The notes beneath the pieces are model-generated. The model made no database searches. It was not told the origin of the DNA and worked only from the letters and a program-made list of their open reading frames with translations. A stretch of 32,000 bases of DNA from Nostoc sp. PCC 7120 = FACHB-418. Lineage in GTDB: Bacteria; Cyanobacteriota; Cyanobacteriia; Cyanobacteriales; Nostocaceae. The translations under genes and the position numbers were made by a program. Below, one piece after another: positions 9,082 through 17,815 of the stretch (positions are counted from its first letter, which is position 1; every line of letters begins with the position of its first letter). The DNA lies in the NCBI RefSeq assembly GCF_000009705.1, contig NC_003272.1, positions 4,080,001 through 4,112,000 of the forward strand. The letters are read 5' to 3'.

Positions 9082-9729
9082 ATGAAAAGCTTATTGTTAG
9101 GGTTAATAGCTGTATTGGCATTTGCTCCCAACGCATACGCAGCAAACATCGTATATAGTGAAAGCTCCCAGGGGGACTTCTCTGGCAATAACTTGAACCC
9201 GACAAAACTCAACCTCTCCCAGGGTTCCAATATCATTGTTGGCTCCACAACCGGTAACCCCAATCTTGACCAAGATTTCTTTTCCATTACTATTCCCTCT
9301 GGTTATACACTCAAAAAAATCATTTTGGCTGGATACAAGGGACTAGATGACGATGTGATAAATCAAGGATTTTTAGCAGTACAAGCAGGTTCCCTGATTG
9401 AAGATGGCACTATTACTGGCAATAATCCTCAATTACTTGGTGCAGCCACGATTGGTGCAGAACCAGGAAAACAAGTTGGCGATAATATCCTAGACGATTT
9501 GGCTAAAGCTGATTCCATCCGGGGCTTTTCATTTGTCGGTTTCCCTAGTGGTGTACTTACACAGGGAAATTACATCTTTTGGATTCAGGAAACTAAGAAC
9601 GGTATAGAAGAATATCAATTAGATTTTGTACTTTCCCAAACTCCCGAACCTTCCGCTATGTTAGGTCTAGGTATGGTTATGGGTATTGGTATGCTGTTGA
9701 ACCGGAAGCAATTACTCCACTCCAGATAA
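9082..9729 (+). CDS. PEP-CTERM sorting-domain secreted protein
   Basis: Signal peptide MKSLLLGLIAVLAFAPNAYA. C-terminal PEP motif plus TM helix plus basic tail: TPEPSAMLGLGMVMGIGMLLNRKQ. Confidence 0.85.
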   Translation: MKSLLLGLIAVLAFAPNAYAANIVYSESSQGDFSGNNLNPTKLNLSQGSNIIVGSTTGNPNLDQDFFSITIPSGYTLKKIILAGYKGLDDDVINQGFLAVQAGSLIEDGTITGNNPQLLGAATIGAEPGKQVGDNILDDLAKADSIRGFSFVGFPSGVLTQGNYIFWIQETKNGIEEYQLDFVLSQTPEPSAMLGLGMVMGIGMLLNRKQLLHSR

Positions 9730-9833
9730 TCCAGCCAGTGCCATCCTTAAATACCCTATAGAGATGCGAACGCCAAAAAAATTCGCGCATTAAGAAATTC
9801 AGATTGTGTTCTAGTTTTTTTGGCGCACTGGTA

Positions 9834-10772
9834 TTATAAACTACTCACGGCTTGAGCAATTAGTTGGGATAGAAAAGGCAAAATCTCCCGACTGTTGGCT
9901 TGGGCTTTACCTTCTGTGAAAACTACTAATAAATAGGGACGCTGTTCTGGTAACTCGATATAGGCTGCGTCATGACGGACTTGACTTGTCCAACCGGCTT
10001 TTGACCAAATTTGTGCGTCTTGGGGTAAACCGCCGCCTAAAAAACCTGTGATTTGGTCTTCTTCCACATCTTGGGGTAAATCATGAGGGTTGAGACTGCG
10101 TTTGAGTAAAGCCATCATGGCTTGCGATCGCCCACTAGAAACAGCCACACCACCCACGATACTATGTAGCAAACGTGCGATCGCATTTGTGGTTAGCATA
10201 TTGCGATTTTCAAACATTTCCCCATAAAATGCCCTCTCCCGTCCATAAGGGCCATCACCCCAAGTTTTTTGACAGACGTTAATTGTCTGCATATCTTCCC
10301 AACCCAAAGACTGGTAATAGCGATTAATAATATGACGTTGATATTTCCAAGTGTCATAGGGGCCTGGTGGTAATTCTGGCCCTGAAGTTGTGCCGGTCAA
10401 AATATCTACTACTAAGCTGGTAGCATCATTGCTAGAATCAACAATCATATCGCGCAAAGCTCGCTCCAACTCCTTAGAAGGTTGGGTCATGGCTTTCTCT
10501 AGCCATTCGTTGGCTGTTACCAAGTAGAACAATTTAACTACACTCGCCGGATAAATCCGTTCCACGCCACGATAGCTAAAACCCCGGACTGGATGATTCC
10601 AAAAAGCATCGGGAGTTAACGCACCACCAGTATTTACTGGTACTGGTGGATCATACACAATCCAAGTTAAAGCAATTTGGTTACGGGCTAAAGTCGGAAA
10701 TGCCGTCCAAGTAGCTTCTAAAATACCATTACCCAGATTTTCTAGTTGTTCGTCTTTTTGAAAAAAAACCAT
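9834..10772 (-). CDS. Serine hydrolase with class A beta-lactamase-like fold
   Basis: 312 aa with SxxK (ASVVK), SxN (SSND) and a KTG-like KAGWT motif, in the order and spacing expected for penicillin-recognising enzymes. Confidence 0.78.
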   Translation of the reverse strand: MVFFQKDEQLENLGNGILEATWTAFPTLARNQIALTWIVYDPPVPVNTGGALTPDAFWNHPVRGFSYRGVERIYPASVVKLFYLVTANEWLEKAMTQPSKELERALRDMIVDSSNDATSLVVDILTGTTSGPELPPGPYDTWKYQRHIINRYYQSLGWEDMQTINVCQKTWGDGPYGRERAFYGEMFENRNMLTTNAIARLLHSIVGGVAVSSGRSQAMMALLKRSLNPHDLPQDVEEDQITGFLGGGLPQDAQIWSKAGWTSQVRHDAAYIELPEQRPYLLVVFTEGKAQANSREILPFLSQLIAQAVSSL

Positions 10773-10778
10773 TGCAGA

Positions 10779-11483
10779 ATGCTCTCTAATTTAGAATCGT
10801 CCATCCAAAGCCCCAAATTGGGAGAATACCAATGTCTTGCTGCGTTGAATTTATATGATTCTCCTGAATGTACCAGCTTGGCTACTCAGGCCGCAGTCGG
10901 GCGACATTTGCGGGTAACATCAAATCAGCAAGGTGCGGCAGTTGAGGTGTGTTTATGTGAGGATGACTACCCAGGGTGGCTATCCCTTGGAGACTGGGGT
11001 TTATTAAAACCTGCTACTGTACTTTATCAGGCTAAATCATTTTCGGAATCGGAAATTAAAAAACTGCTACCAGAGGCGATCGCTTTTACTCAAAAAGCCA
11101 TGCAACAATCAAACTATTACCTCTGGGGTGGCACGGTCGGGCCAAATTTTGATTGTTCTGGTTTAATGCAGGCGGCGTTTGTATCTGCGGGAATTTGGCT
11201 ACCCAGAGACGCTTATCAACAAGAGGCTTTTACCCAAGCAATTACTATTGACGAATTAACACCGGGTGACTTGGTATTTTTTGGCACTCCTGTAAAAGCC
11301 ACCCATGTAGGACTGTATTTAGGAGATAGTCATTACATCCATAGTTCTGGTAAAGCACAAGGACGCGATGGGATTGGAATTGATATCCTTTCGGAACAGG
11401 GAGACGTGGTAAGTCGGTCATACTATCAGCAACTACGAGGCGCTGGCAGAGTTGTTAAAAGTTACGAACCACAAAGACACTAA
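10779..11483 (+). CDS. NlpC/P60 (C40) family cell-wall peptidase
   Basis: Catalytic Cys in NFDCSGLMQAAF and His in ATHVGLYLGDSHYIHSS. The ORF track begins at TTG 10746, which overlaps the divergent gene, so ATG 10779 is preferred. The start is uncertain. Confidence 0.85.
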   Translation: MLSNLESSIQSPKLGEYQCLAALNLYDSPECTSLATQAAVGRHLRVTSNQQGAAVEVCLCEDDYPGWLSLGDWGLLKPATVLYQAKSFSESEIKKLLPEAIAFTQKAMQQSNYYLWGGTVGPNFDCSGLMQAAFVSAGIWLPRDAYQQEAFTQAITIDELTPGDLVFFGTPVKATHVGLYLGDSHYIHSSGKAQGRDGIGIDILSEQGDVVSRSYYQQLRGAGRVVKSYEPQRH

Positions 11484-11497
11484 GGACACTGAGGAAT

Positions 11498-12511
11498 ATG
11501 AGGAATGGAGTAATTTCAGCCAGGGTGAACGAAGGAAATGAAAGTATTTCCGCCATGATTCCCGATGTTTCCCTGGTGGTTCCAGTGCATGATGAAGTAG
11601 AAAGTCTGCCTTTGTTATTAGAGGCGATCGCATCTACTTTATCTACTAGTGGGTTGAGTTATGAAATTATTTGTGTGGATGATGGCTCAACCGATGGTTC
11701 AGACAAATTTCTCAAAGAACAAGCGTGCATCCGTCCCGATTTGAAAGCAGTGATTTTGCGGCGGAATTACGGTCAAACTGCGGCAATGGCAGCTGGATTT
11801 AACTATGCTTTAGGTAATGCGATCGTCACCTTAGATGCTGATTTGCAAAACGATCCAGAAGATATTCCGATTTTATTGGCAAAGTTAGGGGAAGGTTATG
11901 ACTTAGTGAGTGGTTGGCGACATAAACGCCAGGATGCAGCTATCTCCCGCTTACTTCCTTCCAAAATTGCTAACTGGTTGATTGGCAAAATCACGGGCGT
12001 AAAACTGCACGATTATGGCTGTTCTCTCAAAGCTTATCGCTCCGAAGTCGTGGCAGATATGAATCTGTATGGGGAACTGCACCGCTTTTTACCAGCTTTG
12101 GCTTATATCGAAGGGGCAAGAATTACAGAAATTCCTGTACGACATCATGCCCGACGCTTTGGCCGGAGTAAATACGGCATTTGGCGGACGTTTCGCGTCC
12201 TCATGGATTTGTTAACTATCTCTTTCATGAAGAAGTTCCTCACGCGTCCAATGCACGTTTTCGGCTTGTTAGGATTAATCTCCATGATTTCGGGTACAGG
12301 TATAGGCATCTACTTAACTTTTGTCAAGTTGGCTTTAGGTGAAATGATTGGCAATCGCCCTTTGTTGATTTTGGCGGTGCTGTTACTTGTAACGGGGGTA
12401 CAGTTATTCTGCTTTGGTCTTTTGGCAGAGTTACTGATGCGTACATACCATGAATCCCAAGGCCGGCCAATTTATCGCGTGAGAGAAGTTGTAGCAAAAA
12501 ATGGCAACTAA
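11498..12511 (+). CDS. Family 2 glycosyltransferase (polyprenyl-phosphate glycosyltransferase, ArnC/DPM1-like) with C-terminal TM helices
   Basis: VSLVVPVHDE, CVDDGSTDGS, NYGQTAA and DADLQNDPEDIP, plus two C-terminal hydrophobic helices. ATG 11555 is an alternative start. Confidence 0.9.
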   Translation: MRNGVISARVNEGNESISAMIPDVSLVVPVHDEVESLPLLLEAIASTLSTSGLSYEIICVDDGSTDGSDKFLKEQACIRPDLKAVILRRNYGQTAAMAAGFNYALGNAIVTLDADLQNDPEDIPILLAKLGEGYDLVSGWRHKRQDAAISRLLPSKIANWLIGKITGVKLHDYGCSLKAYRSEVVADMNLYGELHRFLPALAYIEGARITEIPVRHHARRFGRSKYGIWRTFRVLMDLLTISFMKKFLTRPMHVFGLLGLISMISGTGIGIYLTFVKLALGEMIGNRPLLILAVLLLVTGVQLFCFGLLAELLMRTYHESQGRPIYRVREVVAKNGN

Positions 12512-12533
12512 GGTAAAAATATTAATCAAGAAG

Positions 12534-12556
12534 AAATCAGAATTCTGATTTTTTTG
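12534..12556 (+). terminator. Rho-independent terminator after the GT2 gene
   Basis: Perfect 18-nt palindrome AAATCAGAATTCTGATTT (12534-12551), followed by a T-run. Confidence 0.6.
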
Positions 12557-12590
12557 TTAACAAAACATTTAGCATTAAATTGCATCTGCC

Positions 12591-13826
12591 TTGAAAGCCT
12601 TTAATACATTTGACGCAAGTTTGCGGCTTAACCTGCTGATTCTATTTACAGCAGGTTTATTGTTCTGGTCGAGTACTGCTACTTTCTTGCCTACTCTGCC
12701 CTTATATATTGAGGATGTGGGAGGAAGCAAGCAAGAAATTGGCATTGTGATGGGTGGTTTTGCTATTGGGTTGTTAGTATTTCGCCCAATGCTGGGACGA
12801 CTGGCGGATCAAAACGGTCGGAAGTTGCTGTTATTAATTGGGACAATAGTGGCGACAACTGCCCCCTTTGGTTATTTGGCATTTAAATCCATTCCTTTAT
12901 TGATGCTGGTGCGTGTCTTTCATGGCGTTAGCATTGCTGCTTTTACCACTGGTTACAGTGCTTTAATAGCAGATTTAGCCCCTATGGCCATTCGTGGTGA
13001 AATCATCAGTTATATGAGTCTCACAGCTCCCCTCGGCTTGGCAATTGGCCCGGCTTTAGGGGGTTATCTACAAGCTTCAATTGGTTATCCAATTTTATTT
13101 TTAATAGCATCCGAATTGGCTTTTTTGGGGTTATTGGGGGCGATTCAAGTTTCTAATCCACCTATGCCACAACATCGCCAAGCAACGGAAAAGGATAGTA
13201 ATTTCTGGCAACTTTTAAGTAGCCCACGGGTGAGAGTGCCGACTTTGGTGATGTTACTCATCGGTATAGCTATCGGTGCTGTACATATTTTTTTACCCCT
13301 GTTTATTAAATCAACAGGGGTGGAATTTAACGCCGGACTATTTTTTACTATCGCGGCCATTGGTAGTTTCAGTTTGCGGGTGTTTGCGGGTAAAGCTAGC
13401 GATCGCTTCGGTCGGGGTTTGTTTATTACTTTCGGTATCATGGCTTATATGTTGTCATCCTTCTTGTTATGGCAAGCCAACAGTGCCATTAGCTTCGCTA
13501 TTGCGGCGGTTGCTGAAGGTTGTGGCGGCGGAACAATGATTTCGATGATGACGACGATGATGGCAGACCGTTCACTACCACAAGAACGAGGACGGATTTT
13601 CTCTATTTGTATCGCTGGATTGGATTTAGGGATTGCGATCGCTGCCCCTATTTTAGGTTTTATTGCTGAAGCAACTGGCTATCGCAGTATGTTTGCCTAT
13701 ACGACTGCTTTAACGTTCCTAGCCTTACTAATTTTTCTGACCAGTTCGAGTAAAAACCTGACTAATTCCCTCCGCTTTGCTTTGGGTCGTGGTCAAGATG
13801 TCTATTCTCTGCATAATAGTAACTAG
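12591..13826 (+). CDS. MFS transporter
   Basis: 411 aa with about 12 hydrophobic segments. The loop 2-3 motif is GRLADQNGRK. It starts at TTG, with no nearby ATG. Confidence 0.85.
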   Translation: MKAFNTFDASLRLNLLILFTAGLLFWSSTATFLPTLPLYIEDVGGSKQEIGIVMGGFAIGLLVFRPMLGRLADQNGRKLLLLIGTIVATTAPFGYLAFKSIPLLMLVRVFHGVSIAAFTTGYSALIADLAPMAIRGEIISYMSLTAPLGLAIGPALGGYLQASIGYPILFLIASELAFLGLLGAIQVSNPPMPQHRQATEKDSNFWQLLSSPRVRVPTLVMLLIGIAIGAVHIFLPLFIKSTGVEFNAGLFFTIAAIGSFSLRVFAGKASDRFGRGLFITFGIMAYMLSSFLLWQANSAISFAIAAVAEGCGGGTMISMMTTMMADRSLPQERGRIFSICIAGLDLGIAIAAPILGFIAEATGYRSMFAYTTALTFLALLIFLTSSSKNLTNSLRFALGRGQDVYSLHNSN

Positions 13827-13839
13827 TCAGACAAAAAAT

Positions 13840-13868
13840 AAAGGCAGAGAAGATATTTCTCTGCCTTT
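13840..13868. terminator. Bidirectional rho-independent terminator between the MFS gene and tRNA-Arg
   Basis: AAAGGCAGAGA (13840-13850) pairs with TCTCTGCCTTT (13858-13868). An A-run precedes it and a T-rich run follows, so it works on both strands. Confidence 0.65.
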
Positions 13869-13878
13869 ATTTCTGAGA

Positions 13879-13952
13879 CGGGCGAGGAGGGATTCGAACC
13901 CCCGACACCGTGGTCCGTAGCCACGTGCTCTAGTCCACTGAGCTACACGCCC
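13879..13952 (-). tRNA. tRNA-Arg (anticodon ACG)
   Basis: Hand-folded cloverleaf: acceptor GGGCGUG/CUCGCCC (one U-U at 6:67), D arm GCUC-AGUGGACUA-GAGC, anticodon arm CGUGG-CUACGGA-CCACG, variable loop GUGUC, T arm GGGGG-UUCGAAU-CCCUC, discriminator G. CCA is not encoded. Confidence 0.9.
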
Positions 13953-13989
13953 TTACAAGAAATATATACTATCACCATTTTTCCTAATT

Positions 13990-14496
13990 ATGCAAGCCCC
14001 TTTTCCCAAAAATTCTGCAAACCTTACTCATCTAGATGGCCAGGGACAGGCACAGATGGTGGATGTGTCTGATAAAGCACAAACAATTCGCCAGGCGGTG
14101 GCGGCGGCTCAGGTACGGATGCTACCTGCAACTTTAGAAGCCATCCAAGCTGGTAACACACCTAAAGGTGATGTATTAGCCACCGCTAGGCTAGCTGGGA
14201 TTATGGCTGCTAAACAAACAGCCAATTTGATTCCCCTGTGTCATCCTTTGCCATTACAAAAAGTTGCGGTCGAGATTACGCCAGACCCCCAACTTCCTGG
14301 TTATCAAATCCAAGCCACAGTCAAAACTAAAGCCGAAACTGGTGTGGAAATGGAAGCTTTAACTGCCGTTTCTATTGCTGCTTTAACTTTGTATGATATG
14401 GCAAAAGCTCTAGAAAAATCGATGCAAATTGAATCAATTAGATTAGTTAGTAAAACTGGCGGAAAATCAGGAGATTATTTTCCACCAGCACCATAA
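13990..14496 (+). CDS. moaC: Cyclic pyranopterin monophosphate synthase MoaC
   Basis: 168 aa with [48 protein letters not shown] and [19 protein letters not shown], the characteristic MoaC blocks. Confidence 0.93.
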   Translation: MQAPFPKNSANLTHLDGQGQAQMVDVSDKAQTIRQAVAAAQVRMLPATLEAIQAGNTPKGDVLATARLAGIMAAKQTANLIPLCHPLPLQKVAVEITPDPQLPGYQIQATVKTKAETGVEMEALTAVSIAALTLYDMAKALEKSMQIESIRLVSKTGGKSGDYFPPAP

Positions 14497-14497
14497 T

Positions 14498-14695
14498 TTA
14501 ATCTATTTCACCTATAGCTTTGTTCACATCTGTGGGGTTTTCATATTCCTCATCTTCTGGCAATTGCTCTAATAGGGAAATTATTTTTTGATCGGCTCCC
14601 TGCTGTTGAGCGTGCTGAATTAGCTCTTGCTTACTAGCAGGATAGTCAACACCTTTTAAGTGTTTTTGGATTTGCACTGGGTTAGCTTTAGCCAT
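14498..14695 (-). CDS. DUF2795-family small protein
   Basis: 65 aa. ANPVQIQKHLKGVDYPASKQELIQHAQQQGADQKIISLLEQLP matches the DUF2795 pattern as I remember it. Confidence 0.75.
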   Translation of the reverse strand: MAKANPVQIQKHLKGVDYPASKQELIQHAQQQGADQKIISLLEQLPEDEEYENPTDVNKAIGEID

Positions 14696-15031
14696 CTTTT
14701 TCTACCTCTAAAGATTATTGCTATCTTCACAAGTAATTTTGTTGGCTCCCTCTATCAAAAAGCTGAATCATTTTTCGTCAACAATATTGTAAATGTCGCT
14801 CAATTGGTTGATGTAACATTAATTATATTTGGGCAATAAAATTAACCAAAAATTATTGCTCCAAAATTACAACCAGTTTTAAATGTGACCTTGATATGTT
14901 GAATAAATAACTATATCAAAATAAATGTGTAAACCAGTAGGTCAAAGCCTACCCTACTGATAAAGTATGCTTTTCAAAGTTTAATCTGATTAATATTGAC
15001 AAATCAAGCTATTGTGATTTAGCAGTAGATA

Positions 15032-16059
15032 ACGCGATGTGCGACTTATTGTTTCGTTACACAAGTTCGGTGTATGAACGATTGAAAAGAAAATTCCCAC
15101 AATCCGCACTGGAGCGAGAAAATCGTTACCAGTGAATGGAATGCGGGAAAAATGTTTTCTATTGAAGAGTTTATCATTGCCGTATTTTGCTGTGTTGACG
15201 ACGTGCTGATGGAAATCACCCAGATATACCCAATCAAGAGACGAGGTTTTGCTCCGAGTTTAAGGGAGAGTGAAGTTTTAACAATGGAAGTAGTGGCAGA
15301 GTTTTTGGGAATAGATGCTGACAAAGACATTTGGAAATACTTTCACCGTCACTGGTTAGGGCTATTTCCTCAGTTAAAGAGTCGCTATGCTTTTATTCGT
15401 CAAGCAGCTAATTGTTGGCAGTACAAGGAACTCATACAACAAAAATTAGCACAGTATTTAGGAGCATACTCTGATCAACTTCATTTGATTGATGGATTAC
15501 CAATACCTTTGTGTGGCTTGAGTCGCGCTCCCAACTGCCGAAGTTTTAAATCCCTTGCAGATTATGGTTTTTGTGCTGCTAAAAAACAGACGTACTATGG
15601 GTTTCATGGGCATTTAATCGTTAGTGGCACAGGAGTTATTAGTGGGTTTACCCTGACTCCGGCAAATGGCAGTGAACGGGACGCACTTTGGGATTTAATC
15701 ACGCGAATTAAAGGTTTATTAATCGGAGATAAGGGCTATTTAAGTCAGTTCTTGTCAGGAGAACTTAAAGAAGTGGGTATTACTTTACAAACCCCTTTGC
15801 GTTCTAATATGTCTGACTCTCGTAGCCGATCTTCAGTGCGATTAATGCAACGCTTTCGTCGCCTAATTGAAACAGTAATTGGTCAATTAGTTGAGAGATT
15901 TCATATAGAGAAGATTCGAGCGAGAGATATGTGGCATCTTACCAGTCGGCTCAATCGCAAGATTTTAGCTCATACCGTCTGTTTCTGGCTTAATCGCCAC
16001 AATTGTGACCCTCTTCAGTTCGACGATCTTGTTACAGAATATTAAGTCGCACATGGCGT
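15032..16059 (+). mobile_element. IS982-family insertion sequence (1028 bp) with IRs and a 6-bp target duplication
   Basis: IRL ACGCGATGTGCGACTTA (15032-15048) versus the reverse complement of IRR, ACGCCATGTGCGACTTA (16059-16043), is 16/17 identical. Direct repeat TAGATA lies at 15026-15031 and 16060-16065. The transposase stop lies inside IRR. Confidence 0.85.
15152..16045 (+). CDS. IS982-family DDE transposase
   Basis: 297 aa. DDE candidates are in HLIDGLPIPLC, LLIGDKGYLS and RRLIETVIGQL. YYGFHGHLIVS is typical of the family. Confidence 0.85.
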   Translation: MFSIEEFIIAVFCCVDDVLMEITQIYPIKRRGFAPSLRESEVLTMEVVAEFLGIDADKDIWKYFHRHWLGLFPQLKSRYAFIRQAANCWQYKELIQQKLAQYLGAYSDQLHLIDGLPIPLCGLSRAPNCRSFKSLADYGFCAAKKQTYYGFHGHLIVSGTGVISGFTLTPANGSERDALWDLITRIKGLLIGDKGYLSQFLSGELKEVGITLQTPLRSNMSDSRSRSSVRLMQRFRRLIETVIGQLVERFHIEKIRARDMWHLTSRLNRKILAHTVCFWLNRHNCDPLQFDDLVTEY

Positions 16060-16226
16060 TAGATAAATACTTTTCTCTCTAAAACAATAATATTTGATGG
16101 GTTTTTAGGAAAGTCAGTACTTCCTGATTGTTATATTTGGCAAAGTTTGTATAACAGTAATATCTTATTAGCTGACTTGAAAATTAAACGAACTTAACAT
16201 AGGAATGCTCTAAAACTTTCAAAATC

Positions 16227-17414
16227 ATGTTCATTTTAGAGAATGATCCATTAGAGGCAGGACGTGTATATAAAAGCACGGGCGCACTACCCAAGAATAT
16301 ATTACGCTCAACAGTTTATCGAGCGTGGGAAAGATCCCATCTGCAAGGAGCTAATCCCCACGCGTTACAAGCAGAAAAGCTCTCACGTTTGGAGACAGAA
16401 CGCTTAGTAGAGCAGCAGAGTTATTTGCTTAATGTTGTGCGTCCTTATTTTCAAATTTTATCCCAGGCAGCTGGTAAAGAACCTCATGCAGTTATGTTAG
16501 GCGATCGCCAAGCTATTTTACTAGGCTTAACAGGTGATGCACAAACTATCAACTCGCAATCTTTTCCTCAAGCTGGTTCTTTATTATCTGAAAGTGTAGC
16601 TGGTGCTAATGGCGTTGGTACACCCCTAGTAGAAGAAGATTACGTAGAAATTATCGCCAGTGAGCATTTTATTGAAGGCTTCCATCCTTTTACCTGTCAG
16701 GGTATCCCTTTACGTAATGAAAAACAAGAAATTGTGGGAGTATTGAGTATCTCCTCACAACGTCAGGATGCAGGACAACGACTAAAAGAAATTTTATTGT
16801 GTGCGTCTCGTGCTGTCGAGGCAGAATTCTTAATAGCAAACCTAGAAAAAGATATTCATAATGTACTAGCCTCTAATCCTGACGACCATCAACCATTAGA
16901 AGAACTGCGTCAAGATATCATCCAAGCGCATCATGCTGCGCGCTTAAAATTGGAAGTCAGCTCTCGGATGGTAGCGGTGAATCGCCTAGATTATGCCAAA
17001 CAGTTACTGCAACAAGCTGAAAAATCAATTCGGATATTTCAACGCCATGCCTCAATTTGGCGTAATTTAGCTTCTAGTGACGTTGCTTCAGTGAAAACTA
17101 TCTCTCTAACTGACACTATCCAAGATTTTGTGGAGTTACTATCCACGGAAGCTAGCATCCGTAAGATAGAAGTCGTCACTAACTGGCAAGAGCCAATTAT
17201 AGTCACTACCGAACCAGCAACTCTTTTACGGCGTTTGTTACGTTATTTTTTGCAATCTTTTGATATGGCAGGCAAAGGGGGAACACTAGAGGTGGCTGCT
17301 CAAAGGATGGCAAATTCCGAACTTGTCCTAGTGAGTTTTCTGGCTATTGCAGCCTTAAATACATATCCATTAGAGCCAACCCCATTAGTTTTTTCCATAC
17401 CAATAAAAAATTAA
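16227..17414 (+). CDS. AcoR-type GAF sensor domain fused to a degenerate histidine-kinase-like C-terminus
   Basis: The N-terminal half has YRAWERSHLQGANP, GANGVGTPL, SEHF and FTCQGIPL...IVGVLSIS, as in AcoR/Fis-family sensor modules. The C-terminal part is coiled and HATPase-like (LLRRLLRYFLQSFDMAGKGGTLEV), but I could not see canonical H, N, G1 or G2 boxes. Confidence 0.7.
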   Translation: MFILENDPLEAGRVYKSTGALPKNILRSTVYRAWERSHLQGANPHALQAEKLSRLETERLVEQQSYLLNVVRPYFQILSQAAGKEPHAVMLGDRQAILLGLTGDAQTINSQSFPQAGSLLSESVAGANGVGTPLVEEDYVEIIASEHFIEGFHPFTCQGIPLRNEKQEIVGVLSISSQRQDAGQRLKEILLCASRAVEAEFLIANLEKDIHNVLASNPDDHQPLEELRQDIIQAHHAARLKLEVSSRMVAVNRLDYAKQLLQQAEKSIRIFQRHASIWRNLASSDVASVKTISLTDTIQDFVELLSTEASIRKIEVVTNWQEPIIVTTEPATLLRRLLRYFLQSFDMAGKGGTLEVAAQRMANSELVLVSFLAIAALNTYPLEPTPLVFSIPIKN

Positions 17415-17420
17415 TAATTT

Positions 17421-17804
17421 ATGAACACTCTGAATTTAGGAAGAGGAAAGGTTTTAATAGCTGATGATGATGAAGATAGCCGAATGATGCTCTCTTTTGT
17501 ATTACAGGAAGAGGGGTGGGAAGTCTATGAGGCTTGTAACGGCAAAGAAGCTCTAGAAAAAGTCATTGAAGAGAAACCGGATTTATTGATTTTAGATAAT
17601 AGAATGCCAGAGTTAAGCGGCGTTGAAGTTTATCAATATCTACAAGCAGAAGGTATTAACATAGCGGTTGTCTTAGCCACAGCATACGGTTATTTGGACG
17701 AATTAGCTTCATCCTTGGGGGTGGAGTATTTTATTCATAAACCCTATGAGATTCCCAAGTTACTGAAAATGGTAGAGTCTGCTTACGCTCATTCTCGTAA
17801 CTAA
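17421..17804 (+). CDS. Single-domain response regulator (CheY-like receiver)
   Basis: 127 aa. Acidic pocket ADDDED, phospho-acceptor context LLILDNRMPELSG, conserved Lys in FIHKPY. It starts 6 nt after the sensor gene stop. Confidence 0.9.
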   Translation: MNTLNLGRGKVLIADDDEDSRMMLSFVLQEEGWEVYEACNGKEALEKVIEEKPDLLILDNRMPELSGVEVYQYLQAEGINIAVVLATAYGYLDELASSLGVEYFIHKPYEIPKLLKMVESAYAHSRN

Positions 17805-17815
17805 CTTAGTTACTT

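Noticed and set aside
9766-9825. Long-range complementarity of CGCCAAAAAAA (9771-9781) with TTTTTTTGGCG (9815-9825) between convergent genes.
   Set aside because: The pairing depends mostly on A/T homopolymers with a loop of about 33 nt. It could be a weak bidirectional terminator, but the evidence is not strong enough to annotate.
15046-15330. 94-aa minus-strand ORF crossing the IS982 left inverted repeat.
   Set aside because: It is antisense to the transposase 5' end and runs out of the element. No motifs were seen.
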